Origin: an uncultured Acidobacteriaceae bacterium
GTDB lineage: Bacteria; Acidobacteriota; Terriglobia; Terriglobales; Acidobacteriaceae
Direction: 5' to 3'
DNA: 64,000 bases
NCBI GenBank assembly: GCA_963807725.1
Contig: CAWECL010000006.1
Coordinates: 81,435-145,434, forward strand
Shown here: positions 29,424-39,384 of the stretch, in pieces
Layout of the letters: every line of letters starts with the position of its first letter
Position numbering within the stretch: position 1 is the first letter of the stretch
Position numbers and translations under genes: made by a program
Notes under the pieces: model-generated
The model's database searches: none
What the model was told of the DNA's origin: nothing
What the model saw: the letters and a program-made list of their open reading frames with translations, nothing else

Positions 29424-29515
29424 GAAACTGCCCAGCTTACTGCCAGTTACCTAAAGGTGTTCTTCGCGGAGATACCGAATGACGAAGCCCAAGTTTAGGC
29501 GCACTATCTAGGGCA

Positions 29516-29920
29516 ATGGGCCCAGCAGTACGCCTGGTGCGACTGATTCAGATCGCCATGCTGGCGAGCATCGCGCTATGCGCGGTGGCCGGGGAAACGC
29601 TTTCTCACACCGGTAGGGATCCCGAGAACACTTTGTTTCACGCCTTATCTCTTCTTTCCATCAGCCTGGCCGGCGCGACCGTGGTGGTTCGCCGGACGCT
29701 GGTCGTCCCAGCCGAATCGGCGTTGAAAGAAAGATCCGATGACAACCTGGCGATAGGGCAATGGAAAACGGGCTACATCTTCTTGTACACGTTATGCGAA
29801 GCCCTCGGAATCTTCGGCTTCGTCCTGCGCCTGGCCGGCTTCACCCTGGCGAACGTCTGGGGCTTCTACCTCGGAGGATTTCTGCTGCTGCTGGTGTATT
29901 CTCCGCGAAGTCCGCGCTGA
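29516..29920 (+). CDS. Small membrane protein (about 4 TM), unknown function
   Basis: It is 134 aa with four hydrophobic stretches, and is the last co-directional gene of the 27028..29920 cluster. Confidence 0.5.
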   Translation: MGPAVRLVRLIQIAMLASIALCAVAGETLSHTGRDPENTLFHALSLLSISLAGATVVVRRTLVVPAESALKERSDDNLAIGQWKTGYIFLYTLCEALGIFGFVLRLAGFTLANVWGFYLGGFLLLLVYSPRSPR

Positions 29921-29965
29921 TTTCTAAACTGATTTCAGATTACTTGTTCGGTGACCAAGCCGAAT

Positions 29966-32755
29966 CTACGGACTCGCCTGCTGCCAGGGTTCGCTACCCA
30001 GCGAATGATAGAAACCCCACACCGCTAGAGCGACAACACTCAACAACGCGAAGATTGACATGCCCACATACCATGCCGAGAAGTCTGCGGTGAAAGGCAC
30101 GTTTCCCAATAGGTCGACAGAGAAGATGGCGCATGCCAACGAAACCAGGCCAAAGCGGGATATGATCACGGCCGCGATGAGGTAGACCAGAATCGTGAAA
30201 CCCGCTTCTACCGCGGGATGATTCGATCCAAGCGTTTTCGCCGCCGTAAAAATCGCAACAAAAGCAATCGTGGCCAGCCAGTCTCGTTTGAGCAATGCTC
30301 TCAATCCCATGAACAAAAAGAAGAACTCCAGGGTTCCGATAATTGCTCCGGGAAACTGAGAAAACCACATGCCGAGCCCTCGCCGCGTGCTTATCAGATA
30401 GTCGACAGAAAAGAGCTGGGGCGACGCTCCCGTTTTCATCAACACCAAGTTGTCGATTTTGAAAACCAAAATCCAGATCACACCCAGCAACACGCCAAAC
30501 AGGATGTCGCGGCCAACCAGCGGATCACGCACCCGTCCGGTCAACAATCGGGTCCACGAAATAATGGCTTGCGGCCAATAGCGCCGGACATAGGGCTCGA
30601 CGGCAAGATAGAGAATGAAAACCATACCCGACAAAAACAACGCCGTACTTATGGCAAGAACCAGCAGAAGGGAAGTCTGGAATCCGGCGACCAGGTGGCC
30701 GCGCAGCAGCCAGATTACGATCAACACGGCAAACATGATCTTGGCCAGTAGTAGCGCGCCTTCCCGGTCTCCGCGGCCGTGACGGTAGTTACGCCGCGCT
30801 AGCCAGCAGGCGCCTACTATCAAAGCGACGCCGAGAATCAGAAAAATGACTTCGCCCGTTTTTTTACCCGCAGATTCCGGTGGCGCCTGCATGCGCGAAG
30901 GCTGGGTCCAGTCACCAATCAGTTGAAAAAACACTGGTTTCCCCTGAAACGCCGCTGCCTCAATGCGCAGAGGCCGTTCCGTTCCCGGCCATTTTCCCGT
31001 CCAGGCCGAGCGGGTATCGAAAGCTGAAAGAGAGTTCCACGTGGGTGGAACCGTCTGAAACTGTGCCACATCAAGATCGGCAGCGCTGAATAGAGGATTC
31101 CAATTGAACGGGAGAGGTGGTGATGCGGATGCTGACGCAGGCGCCGTAAAAACCTGTGGCGGAATTGCCTCGAACTCGATCAGCCTTCCCTGCGGATCCA
31201 ACTCAACCCGTATCATGCCAGAAAGCGTCGGCGCCGGATCGTTCTGATCCAGGATGCCCGGCGTAAGCAGCCCATCATGAAAGTCGCTGCCGTACAACTG
31301 GTCAGGGCTCTGCCGGTACCAGAATTGCAGCAGTGATGGTCGTGAACGTGTGATCTGGTTCCATTGCGGATGCGGCTTGTCGTGCTTCTCAACGTAGCTG
31401 ACAAAATCTCCGTCGTAATCAAAGTCGACAAAACTATCCGCGGGCCGGCCCTCGTATCCAAAGTGGGCAATCATCTCGCGCGCTTTCTGGGTTAGCACTT
31501 CCGGCGATAACTCCGCTCCCATCTGATCGAGAACATTTTGCCGGACGGTGAGAAAGATGGCACCTCCCAGTCCGATCAGAATGGCCGCGAGACATGCAAT
31601 CGCGATTCGTGGAGCCATGCCGGCAGTTTCGCCCGCCGCAGCCACCATTTCAGGAGAAGGAGTTTCGCCCGCAGCCAGGGCGGCGGCTAGAGGATCTCCG
31701 CCGGGAAGCGCACCGGCTACGCTGAGTGCCGATTTGGGACGGCTGGATGGTTCCGGTTCCAGGCACCGAAGAATGACGCGTTCCACAGCGGGGTCAAGAT
31801 CTTTCACCACTGACGAAGGTTTACTCGGAGTCGAAGCGCCTCCGCCGCGCACCAATTCCGCCAGCGCCTCGGCCGTGAATGCGCGCTTGCCAGTGAAAAC
31901 CTCATAAAGAACCAGGCCGAGCGAATACAAATCGCTCTGCATAGTGACTTCTTTGCCGGAGAGTTGTTCGGGCGCCATGTAGGCCGGCGTGCCGCTGCGA
32001 ATATCGGCGCCACGAATTTGATCCGCGAGCCCGGCAAGGCCGAAGTCGGTCATGACTACCTGGCCGCGGCCATCGAGCATGATGTTCGCCGGCTTCAGAT
32101 CGCGATGCAGCACTCCCTTGGAATGCGCGGCGGCGAGCCCGGCACAAAGCTGGCGCGCGATGTCGAGCGCCTTATCCTGTGGCAGACGGCCGATGCGCCG
32201 CAACAACGACGCCAGATCTTCGCCGTCCACGTATTCCATGGTGAAAAAAGTATTGCCGTCGACTTCTCCAACGTCATAAACACGGCACACGTTGGGATGG
32301 GAAATCCGGCGTGCGATGCGCACCTCATTGCGAAAACGTTCCAGCAGTGCTTCATCTCGCGAGGCTTCTTCAGGCAAGAACTTGAGCGCGACTGGCTGGC
32401 CTAGCGTTAGGTCGTCAGCGCGGTAGACCTCGCCCATGCCCCCTTTCCCGAGCAAGGCAATAATGCGGTAGCGCCCAGCAAGCAAACGGCCAGGAAGAAA
32501 GCGACCTTCGTTTAAAGAAAATGCGGCAGAGCTCGGAGGACGCGACGAAGACGATGATGAGGAACGGGCTGGCCGAAGGGGAGTCGGCGATTTAGCGGTT
32601 GCAAACTCGAGAGCCGGAAGATCGCGCGCAGCGATAGTTTCGGCGTCGGAGATAGACGTGATCGTCAGATCGTCCGAACCAACCGGCGTTCCGCAAGCCG
32701 AGCAAAAACGGCTAGCAGCCGGCACCTCGGCGCTACAAGCTGTGCAACGGGACAT
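29966..32755 (-). CDS. Ser/Thr protein kinase with N-terminal zinc ribbon and large C-terminal polytopic membrane domain
   Basis: MSRCTACSAEVPAASRFCSACGTPV is a CxxC...CxxC zinc ribbon. Kinase motifs are GKGGMGEVYRA, VALKFL, HRDLKPANIML, DFGLA and GTPAYMAPEQ. About 250 aa of extracytoplasmic sequence and about 7 TM helices follow. I prefer the second Met as start. Confidence 0.9.
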   Translation of the reverse strand: MSRCTACSAEVPAASRFCSACGTPVGSDDLTITSISDAETIAARDLPALEFATAKSPTPLRPARSSSSSSSRPPSSAAFSLNEGRFLPGRLLAGRYRIIALLGKGGMGEVYRADDLTLGQPVALKFLPEEASRDEALLERFRNEVRIARRISHPNVCRVYDVGEVDGNTFFTMEYVDGEDLASLLRRIGRLPQDKALDIARQLCAGLAAAHSKGVLHRDLKPANIMLDGRGQVVMTDFGLAGLADQIRGADIRSGTPAYMAPEQLSGKEVTMQSDLYSLGLVLYEVFTGKRAFTAEALAELVRGGGASTPSKPSSVVKDLDPAVERVILRCLEPEPSSRPKSALSVAGALPGGDPLAAALAAGETPSPEMVAAAGETAGMAPRIAIACLAAILIGLGGAIFLTVRQNVLDQMGAELSPEVLTQKAREMIAHFGYEGRPADSFVDFDYDGDFVSYVEKHDKPHPQWNQITRSRPSLLQFWYRQSPDQLYGSDFHDGLLTPGILDQNDPAPTLSGMIRVELDPQGRLIEFEAIPPQVFTAPASASASPPLPFNWNPLFSAADLDVAQFQTVPPTWNSLSAFDTRSAWTGKWPGTERPLRIEAAAFQGKPVFFQLIGDWTQPSRMQAPPESAGKKTGEVIFLILGVALIVGACWLARRNYRHGRGDREGALLLAKIMFAVLIVIWLLRGHLVAGFQTSLLLVLAISTALFLSGMVFILYLAVEPYVRRYWPQAIISWTRLLTGRVRDPLVGRDILFGVLLGVIWILVFKIDNLVLMKTGASPQLFSVDYLISTRRGLGMWFSQFPGAIIGTLEFFFLFMGLRALLKRDWLATIAFVAIFTAAKTLGSNHPAVEAGFTILVYLIAAVIISRFGLVSLACAIFSVDLLGNVPFTADFSAWYVGMSIFALLSVVALAVWGFYHSLGSEPWQQASP

Positions 32756-32956
32756 GAATTTCTCCGCCGATAGTGTAACTCGGAGCAGCCCATCCACAAA
32801 TTTACGGTGCAGTCGGCGTCATCTCCGGCGATTGTAAAGTGTCTACCTGTAAGACCCTGTGCTCCCTGTGGCTAAGAGAAATCTAGACACGACGCGTATC
32901 CCGAAAGCCAATTCCGCGATACCTTTATTCAGCGCCTCGTAGCGCCGGAGCTATCC

Positions 32957-33700
32957 GTGAGCATCCAAGACGAGCAAGAATTAATTTCCCTGAAAGCAGT
33001 AGGCCACATCGTTCGTCTGGTGCTGGACGCCATGAAGGCCGAAGTGCGTCCCGGCGTCACCACGCAATATCTGGACGACATCGGCACCCGCGTCATGGAG
33101 GAGAATGGAGCGCGTTCGGCTCCCGCGATGGTTTACAAATTTCCTGGCGCGAATTGCATCAGCCTGAACGACGAAGCCGTCCACGGAATTCCGGGGCAGC
33201 GCCAACTCAAAGAAGGCGATTTGGTAAAGCTCGACGTCACCGCCGAAAAAAACGGGTACATGGCCGATGCTGCCATCACTGTGCCCGTCGGCCGGGTCAG
33301 TCCGCAAGCCGAAAAAATAATGGCTTGCGCCGAGCGGGCTTTTCACAAAGCGATGCTCGTAGCCCGCGACGGGTTTCGCGTTTACGAAATCGGAAAGATC
33401 GTGGAACGCGAAGTGCGCAAATCCGGCTTCGCCGTCGTCCGCGAACTAGGAGGACACGGTATCGGTCGAACTATCCACGAGGCGCCGCACGTGCCGAACT
33501 ATCCCGATCCGCATGCCCGCCAGATCATGAAAGAAGGCCTGGTCATCACGGTCGAACCCATCATCTCTGGCGGCTCAGGCCAGGTCTTTACCGACGAAGA
33601 CGGATGGACCGTCCGCACCACCGACGGCTCGCTCTCCGCCCATTTCGAACACACCCTGGTGATCACCGCGGGAGAGCCCATTCTGCTGACCGCCGGCTAA
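32957..33700 (+). CDS. map: Type I methionine aminopeptidase
   Basis: Carries VHGIPG, DVTAEKNGYMADAA, GHGIGRTIHEAPHVPNY, ITVEPI and HFEHTLVIT. Length is 247 aa. Confidence 0.95.
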   Translation: MSIQDEQELISLKAVGHIVRLVLDAMKAEVRPGVTTQYLDDIGTRVMEENGARSAPAMVYKFPGANCISLNDEAVHGIPGQRQLKEGDLVKLDVTAEKNGYMADAAITVPVGRVSPQAEKIMACAERAFHKAMLVARDGFRVYEIGKIVEREVRKSGFAVVRELGGHGIGRTIHEAPHVPNYPDPHARQIMKEGLVITVEPIISGGSGQVFTDEDGWTVRTTDGSLSAHFEHTLVITAGEPILLTAG

Positions 33701-33771
33701 GAGGGAAGAGGGAACTCGGAGCCGCCACGAGTAAAAGCGCTCGGTTTGCGGCCGGATCTAGTCGATAAAAC

Positions 33772-34704
33772 TCAGTCGGTAAGCAACCCGCCCGTCAAAT
33801 CACTAAGCCGCTCAATCCGATGCTCCCGGCAGTAAGTGGTTAGCTCTTCGACCAGCGTCTCGGTGGCGACCGGATCAAAGTAACTCACCGTGCCCACCTG
33901 CACCGCGCTGGCTCCCGCCAGCATAAATTCCACCACATCCGCCGGAGTAGTAATCCCGCCAATTCCGATCACAGGAATCTTGACCGCGTGAGCCGCGTCG
34001 TAAACCATACGCAGCGCGATTGGCTTAATCGCAGGACCAGACAACCCGGCCGTCACATTCGCAATGCGCGGACGCCGCGTGTCCGCATCAATCGCCATGG
34101 CCACAAACGTATTCACCAGCGAAATAGCGTCAGCGCCCGCTTCCTGGGCGACGTAAGCCATCTGAGCAATCGACGTCACATTGGGAGACAGCTTCACGAT
34201 TACCGGACGCGATGCAGTTCGCTTCGCCGTCCGCACCACCTCATCGAGCAAGTGCGGGTCACTGCCGAACTGAATCCCCCCCTGCGAAGTGTTAGGACAC
34301 GACACGTTAATTTCGTAAGCCGCAATCCCTTCGCCTTGATTCAGAATCTCGATCGTCTGTTCGTAATCGGCGCGCGAGTGCCCAAATACATTCGCGAACA
34401 CGACCACATTTTTCTTTTCCCGCAGCGCCGGAAGCTTCTCCGCAAGAAACGCCGGCGCCCCAATGTTCTGCAGCCCAATGGCGTTCAGCATCCCCGCAGC
34501 CGTCTCATAAAGCCGCGGAGGAGGGTTCCCTGTCATCGGCTCCTTCGACAGCCCTTTAACCACCAATCCGCCAAGCCTGTCGAGATGCACGATATCTTCA
34601 AATTCGATCCCATACCCAAACGTGCCCGAAGCCGCGATGATCGGATTCTTCAGCTCAATTCCCGCAAAGCTAACGCTCAAGTCTGGCTGACCGATGGGCG
34701 TCAT
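33772..34704 (-). CDS. pyrD: Dihydroorotate dehydrogenase, class 1 catalytic subunit
   Basis: Carries NPIIAASGTFGYG, EINVSCPNT (Cys active site, class 1) and VIGIGGITTPADVVEFMLAGASAVQVGT. No pyrK-like gene is adjacent. Confidence 0.9.
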   Translation of the reverse strand: MTPIGQPDLSVSFAGIELKNPIIAASGTFGYGIEFEDIVHLDRLGGLVVKGLSKEPMTGNPPPRLYETAAGMLNAIGLQNIGAPAFLAEKLPALREKKNVVVFANVFGHSRADYEQTIEILNQGEGIAAYEINVSCPNTSQGGIQFGSDPHLLDEVVRTAKRTASRPVIVKLSPNVTSIAQMAYVAQEAGADAISLVNTFVAMAIDADTRRPRIANVTAGLSGPAIKPIALRMVYDAAHAVKIPVIGIGGITTPADVVEFMLAGASAVQVGTVSYFDPVATETLVEELTTYCREHRIERLSDLTGGLLTD

Positions 34705-36356
34705 TGCAATCCTCCGGCAGGCGGCGTGAGCGGCACGGCCGCTGCAGATGCCGGCGCCGCGGGCGCATTGGAATGATGCGCAGGTTGCAGTGCCTCAGTC
34801 AGCACTCTCCCGGTAGCCGCGGCTGGCGCATTGATTCCGAGTAAAGATGCCAGCGTTACCACGAGATCAACCGGCTCGGCATGCGTCCGGTAAGTTCCCG
34901 GCTGAAACGCCAGCCCGTAAAACGCCAGCGGCACGTGAGTATCGTAAGAAAAAGGCGTGGCGTGATCCGTCCCGTGAGCGATTCCAACCTGAAATGGCGG
35001 AGGAATCCCGAGCACATACCATCCCCCCTCGGGCGAATAACTGTGAGCGTAGCGCCGTCCGATTTCAGTCGCCGGAGTTTCTCCCCGCGCCAGTTGCGAT
35101 TTGGTGAAGTATCCCCTCAGTCCTAATTCTTTCATTGCTTCGCCAACGTCTGCCTCGGCATCCGATTCCTTTTTTCCTGTTGTTCCTGCAAATGCCTCTT
35201 CGCTAAGCCACGCCGTTGGATAATCGAGCTCCACCACGTACTCCGCCTTCTTCGCGTATTTCTTCGAGAGCAGGGAATCGATCTGCTCCCGCAACGCGTG
35301 CGAGTCTACGTTTGCGGCAGGCAGACGAAGCTCCTTCGCGACATTCGGCAGCGGAGCAATGCCGTGATCCGCCGAAAGCGCCATCCAGACATTGGCCAGC
35401 CCAATCTGATGCCCAAGGAAATCAAAAAACTCGGCCAAACCCCGGTCCAGTTCGAGGGCCATGCTGTGCATTTGCGGAGAATCCGGTCCAACCTGGTGCC
35501 CAAGAATGTCATTTGCCGACAAACTGATCACCAACAGATCCGTCGCCGGCCCCGCGCCCAGTTTCTCGTATAAAACCATTTCCTTGGCAAACTCAAACTG
35601 GTAATCATTCGCGAATGGAGTGGACCCAACGATCTCATAGAATCCCCCCGGAGCACCGTCATGTCCGTCACGCGGAGTAGTCGAGCCCATCGTGCTTCCC
35701 TCCGCGTCTTTCCACTCCCGATTCCAATACTTGCTCGCGCGATGGCTGCCGTTAAAGTTCTTCACCCACTCCGGAAGTTCGGAACGATAGTAAGTCGAAG
35801 TTATCCAATCGCCGGTCCGTGGATCGATCCAATAAGCGCCGTCTCCCGCAAATCCCGCTGGCAGCACGGCAGCCCGGTCTTTCAGCGAGATGCCGAACAC
35901 GCGCGACTTTCCTCCAGTGGCCAATTTCAATTCATCGCCAAGCGTATCGCTCATCAGATTGTGCGGCGAAGCGCCTACGCCGGCGCTCCCTACCAATTTC
36001 GTAGAGTCATCCTCTACTGAGGTCACCCGCTTCTTTTTCTGCGGATCCCACCACTCGTTGGAGACGATGCCATGGCCACTGGTATAGCTTCCCGTCAGCA
36101 ATGTCGCGTGTCCCGGACCAGTTCGAGTATTCGCATAGTCGTAATTACAGTCCGTGAAATAAGCGCCGCGATCGAGAAACACGCGAAATCCACCTTCACG
36201 AAACTGGTCGCGATACCGTTCCAGGTAGTCGCCCCGAAACTGGTCAATCACGATGATGACAACCAGTTTGGGATGCGCGTTGTAAGCCGAAGCGAATAAG
36301 CCTGGGAAAGTCGCAAGCAGAAAAAGCGCCAAGCATAGGGGACGGGGAAGTCTCAT
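34701..36356 (-). CDS. Secreted alkaline-phosphatase-superfamily enzyme (nucleotide pyrophosphatase/phosphodiesterase type)
   Basis: From the internal Met there is a signal peptide (MRLPRPLCLALFLLATFPGLFA). It carries VVIIVIDQFRGDY and TGPGHATLLTGSYTSGHGIVSNEW (Thr nucleophile context). It has a 4-nt overlap with the pyrD start. The ORF-track extension to 36641 is unlikely. Confidence 0.85.
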   Translation of the reverse strand: MRLPRPLCLALFLLATFPGLFASAYNAHPKLVVIIVIDQFRGDYLERYRDQFREGGFRVFLDRGAYFTDCNYDYANTRTGPGHATLLTGSYTSGHGIVSNEWWDPQKKKRVTSVEDDSTKLVGSAGVGASPHNLMSDTLGDELKLATGGKSRVFGISLKDRAAVLPAGFAGDGAYWIDPRTGDWITSTYYRSELPEWVKNFNGSHRASKYWNREWKDAEGSTMGSTTPRDGHDGAPGGFYEIVGSTPFANDYQFEFAKEMVLYEKLGAGPATDLLVISLSANDILGHQVGPDSPQMHSMALELDRGLAEFFDFLGHQIGLANVWMALSADHGIAPLPNVAKELRLPAANVDSHALREQIDSLLSKKYAKKAEYVVELDYPTAWLSEEAFAGTTGKKESDAEADVGEAMKELGLRGYFTKSQLARGETPATEIGRRYAHSYSPEGGWYVLGIPPPFQVGIAHGTDHATPFSYDTHVPLAFYGLAFQPGTYRTHAEPVDLVVTLASLLGINAPAAATGRVLTEALQPAHHSNAPAAPASAAAVPLTPPAGGLQ

Positions 36357-36491
36357 CGCCGCTAGTTTACAGGAGAACCTCGAGCGCAGAAACACTCGGG
36401 TTACAGTCCGGTGGGGGCGAAACAAACCCGCCACCTCTGCGAACCCTCTCATCTCCACGAATCGCCATTTTTCAGCTAAAGTAAAAGCACA

Positions 36492-37784
36492 ATGCTCGAT
36501 CTGAATTTCGTGCGTGACAACCTGCCGCTTGTGGAAGAAAAACTCCGCCAGCGCGGAATCAATCCTGCGGAACTCCTGAAAAACTTTACCGCCATCGATG
36601 CCGAGCGCCGCCAAGCCATCACCGCCGCCGAAACCCTGCAAGCGCGCCGCAACCGGGCTTCCGAGGAAATTGCAAAACTAAAAAAGACCGGGCAGGACGC
36701 GTCCGCCCAAATCAACGAAACCAAAGAACTGCGCGAGCAGATTCAAGACACCGAAAAGAAGGCAGCCGAGCAAGAAACCCGCCTCCGCGAACTCCTGACT
36801 GCCATCCCGAATCTTCCGCACGCGAGCGTGCCCGCGGGCAGAAGCGCCGAAGATAACGTGGAAGCCCGCCGCTGGGGAGCTCCGCCAAAGTTCGATTTCA
36901 AGCCCAAGCCGCACTGGGAGCTCGGTGAAGCGTTGGGAGTACTCGACCTGGAGCGCGCCGCGAAATTAAGCGGTGCGCGTTTCGCCGTGTACTGGGCTCT
37001 GGGCGCGCGCTTAGAGCGGGCCCTAGGCAACTTCATGCTGGATCTGCACACAAAGGAGCAAGGCTACACCGAGGTCCTGCCGCCGTTCCTGGTGAATTCC
37101 GAATCCATGTACGGAACTGGCCAGCTGCCGAAATTCGCTCAGGATTTATTTCGCGTGCCCCACGGGGACAAAGATCTTTGGCTGATTCCCACCGCCGAAG
37201 TCCCGGTAACAAATTTATATCGCGACGAAATCCTCGACGGTGCGCGCTTGCCCATCAGCCTGACCGCCTACACACCGTGCTTTCGCAGCGAAGCCGGATC
37301 ATACGGAAAAGATGTCCGCGGCATTATCCGCCAGCATCAGTTTCAAAAGGTTGAGCTGGTTAAATTCGCGAATCCCGACACTTCCTACGACGAACTCGAA
37401 AAGCTTACCCGTAACGCCGAGACCGTCCTGCAAAAACTCGGCTTGCACTATCGTGTGATGACCTTGTGTGCCGGCGACATGTCGCCCAGTTCAGCCAAGA
37501 CCTACGATCTTGAGGTCTGGCTCCCTGGACAGAACCTGTTCCGCGAGATTTCTTCCTGCTCGAATTTCGAAGCTTTTCAGGCGCGTCGTGCAAATATCCG
37601 CTACCGGCCTGAGGGCAAAAATAAAACGGAATTTGTGCACACGTTAAATGGCAGCGCTCTCGCCGTTGGCCGCACCTGGGTTGCCATCATCGAGAACTAT
37701 CAGCAAGCCGACGGCAGCGTGCTCATCCCCGAAGCGCTGCAGCCCTACATGGGGACAGACCGCATCTCTCCGCGAAGTCTGTAG
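36492..37784 (+). CDS. serS: Seryl-tRNA synthetase
   Basis: Has an N-terminal coiled coil ([10 protein letters not shown]...) and class II motifs including [25 protein letters not shown] and [21 protein letters not shown]. Confidence 0.97.
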   Translation: MLDLNFVRDNLPLVEEKLRQRGINPAELLKNFTAIDAERRQAITAAETLQARRNRASEEIAKLKKTGQDASAQINETKELREQIQDTEKKAAEQETRLRELLTAIPNLPHASVPAGRSAEDNVEARRWGAPPKFDFKPKPHWELGEALGVLDLERAAKLSGARFAVYWALGARLERALGNFMLDLHTKEQGYTEVLPPFLVNSESMYGTGQLPKFAQDLFRVPHGDKDLWLIPTAEVPVTNLYRDEILDGARLPISLTAYTPCFRSEAGSYGKDVRGIIRQHQFQKVELVKFANPDTSYDELEKLTRNAETVLQKLGLHYRVMTLCAGDMSPSSAKTYDLEVWLPGQNLFREISSCSNFEAFQARRANIRYRPEGKNKTEFVHTLNGSALAVGRTWVAIIENYQQADGSVLIPEALQPYMGTDRISPRSL

Positions 37785-37832
37785 AGACCGGGCTTCCCTG
37801 GTCTAGAGGTAGTAACATAGGTTTGCTATCAC

Positions 37833-38273
37833 ATGAATTCCAAAATACACTGGCAACAACCCGAAGCCTCGGCGGTGCTCGATAGCGCCGTCTCTCCCAT
37901 GGGCGCGATCTGGCGCACAATCCGCGGATACATTCTCTGGTCGTACGAGCGAGGAAGCCTCCACTACGACATCATGGTCACGCTGATTCTGGTTTTCGTT
38001 TTCGTTTCCCCCTATCTCATCAAGTATCGCGACAAACCGGTCGAGCGCAATCCGCATCTCAGCGGCGTGGTTGTGATACCCGGCGATAAGGGAGAGTTCA
38101 TCTACCAGATCCAGGCCTCAGCCGTGAATAACTCGGCTGGTCAGGATGTGCGCCGGCAACTGGAGCAGATCATCGAGCCGATTTCGGGCGCAGTCAGCAT
38201 TACGAAATACGATCCCGTCAAGGACGCGCGCGGCAATACGTTGAGTTACAAAGTTTGGGCAGTAAAAGAATGA
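37833..38273 (+). CDS. Membrane-anchored hypothetical protein
   Basis: It is 146 aa with one TM helix (IMVTLILVFVFVSPYLI) followed by a soluble domain. Its stop overlaps the next gene's ATG (ATGA). Confidence 0.5.
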   Translation: MNSKIHWQQPEASAVLDSAVSPMGAIWRTIRGYILWSYERGSLHYDIMVTLILVFVFVSPYLIKYRDKPVERNPHLSGVVVIPGDKGEFIYQIQASAVNNSAGQDVRRQLEQIIEPISGAVSITKYDPVKDARGNTLSYKVWAVKE

Positions 38274-38980
38274 AATTCCTATTCAGAGTTTTGCTTGCAG
38301 GTTGTCTACTGTCGCCCGCCGCGTGGCCGCAGACCGACTCCGCAGACCTCGAGCGCGTTCTCACCCAGATGGACTCCGCCGCCAAGAATTTCCACTCGAC
38401 CGAAGCCAGCGTAGTCTGGGATGAATTTCAAAAAGTAATCAACGACACGGAAACAGAAACCGGCAAAATCTACTTCCGCCGCGAAGGCACCGAAACGCAG
38501 ATGGCTGTCGATTTCGCCGCGCCGGACGTAAAGTATGTCCGCTACACCGGCGGAAAAGTGCAAGTCTACTTGCCCAAGGCCGACCAGGTGGACGAATACA
38601 GCCCCGGTAAGAATCGCACCGAAGTCGAAAGTTATCTGGTACTGGGCTTCGGAGGCAGCGGCCACGACCTGCTCAAGTCCTACGACGTCAAGTTTCTGGC
38701 ATCAGAGACCGTCAACGGCGTCAAAGCCGGCAAACTAGAGTTGATTCCGAAGTCCGAACGGCTGCGCAATAACTTCATCGCCCGCATCCTGCTTTGGATC
38801 GACCCCGCCCGCGGAATCTCCGTCCAGCAGCAATTCTTTCAACCGGACGGAAAAGGTGGCTCAGCCGGCGACTATCGCCTGGCAAAATATTCCGACATAA
38901 AAATCAATCAACCGTTGCCGGATGGAGTCTTCAAACTAAAAACAACCAAGAAGACCAAATTTGTCTCGCCCCAGAACTAA
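38270..38980 (+). CDS. LolA-like (outer-membrane lipoprotein carrier fold) periplasmic protein
   Basis: Has a signal peptide (MKFLFRVLLAGCLLSPAAWPQ). FHSTEASVVWDEFQKVINDTETETGKIYFRREG...GKLELIPKSERL has the LolA/LppX-like pattern. Confidence 0.6.
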   Translation: MKFLFRVLLAGCLLSPAAWPQTDSADLERVLTQMDSAAKNFHSTEASVVWDEFQKVINDTETETGKIYFRREGTETQMAVDFAAPDVKYVRYTGGKVQVYLPKADQVDEYSPGKNRTEVESYLVLGFGGSGHDLLKSYDVKFLASETVNGVKAGKLELIPKSERLRNNFIARILLWIDPARGISVQQQFFQPDGKGGSAGDYRLAKYSDIKINQPLPDGVFKLKTTKKTKFVSPQN

Positions 38981-39094
38981 ATCTCCGCAAATTGAATTTC
39001 CCCTGCCAAATCAGCCGGTTGCGAACCAAGAGAAACAAGCTGAAAAACCCCGTCTGCGGCTATATACTGCACAAGAATCCTGAAAGTTGAGAGC

Positions 39095-39310
39095 ATGGCA
39101 AAAGTCTTTACCATCCCTGTCCCTCCAGACTTGTCGCGCAAAAAGCGCGAACGCACCGCTGACCCGCGCTATGTAGACGGCCAGAAAATGCTGGTGGAAG
39201 CCATGAGTTACCTGGCCAAGGCCGATCCCATAGCCAACCGCGGCGCCATCGAACTATTGTCCGAACACGTCCGCACCCGCTTCCGCATGACCGACTCGCC
39301 GCTCAGTTAG
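39095..39310 (+). CDS. Small hypothetical protein (71 aa)
   Basis: It is an ORF only and I recognise no motif. It occupies an otherwise empty gap. Confidence 0.35.
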   Translation: MAKVFTIPVPPDLSRKKRERTADPRYVDGQKMLVEAMSYLAKADPIANRGAIELLSEHVRTRFRMTDSPLS

Positions 39311-39384
39311 GAAAGCCACCAGCTAAGCAACTACCCGTAAATGTTCCCGTGGAAGCGACTCGCCGCGTCTCCGGCGTCCCCGCA

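Noticed and set aside
33988-34776. A 262-aa plus-strand ORF lies antisense to pyrD.
   Set aside because: The translation is Arg/His-rich with no motifs, while the opposite strand carries clear PyrD motifs.
36357-36641. The ORF track gives a 95-codon upstream extension to the alkaline-phosphatase-family ORF.
   Set aside because: The extension precedes a perfect signal peptide that starts at the Met at 36356, and it overlaps the serS promoter and start region.
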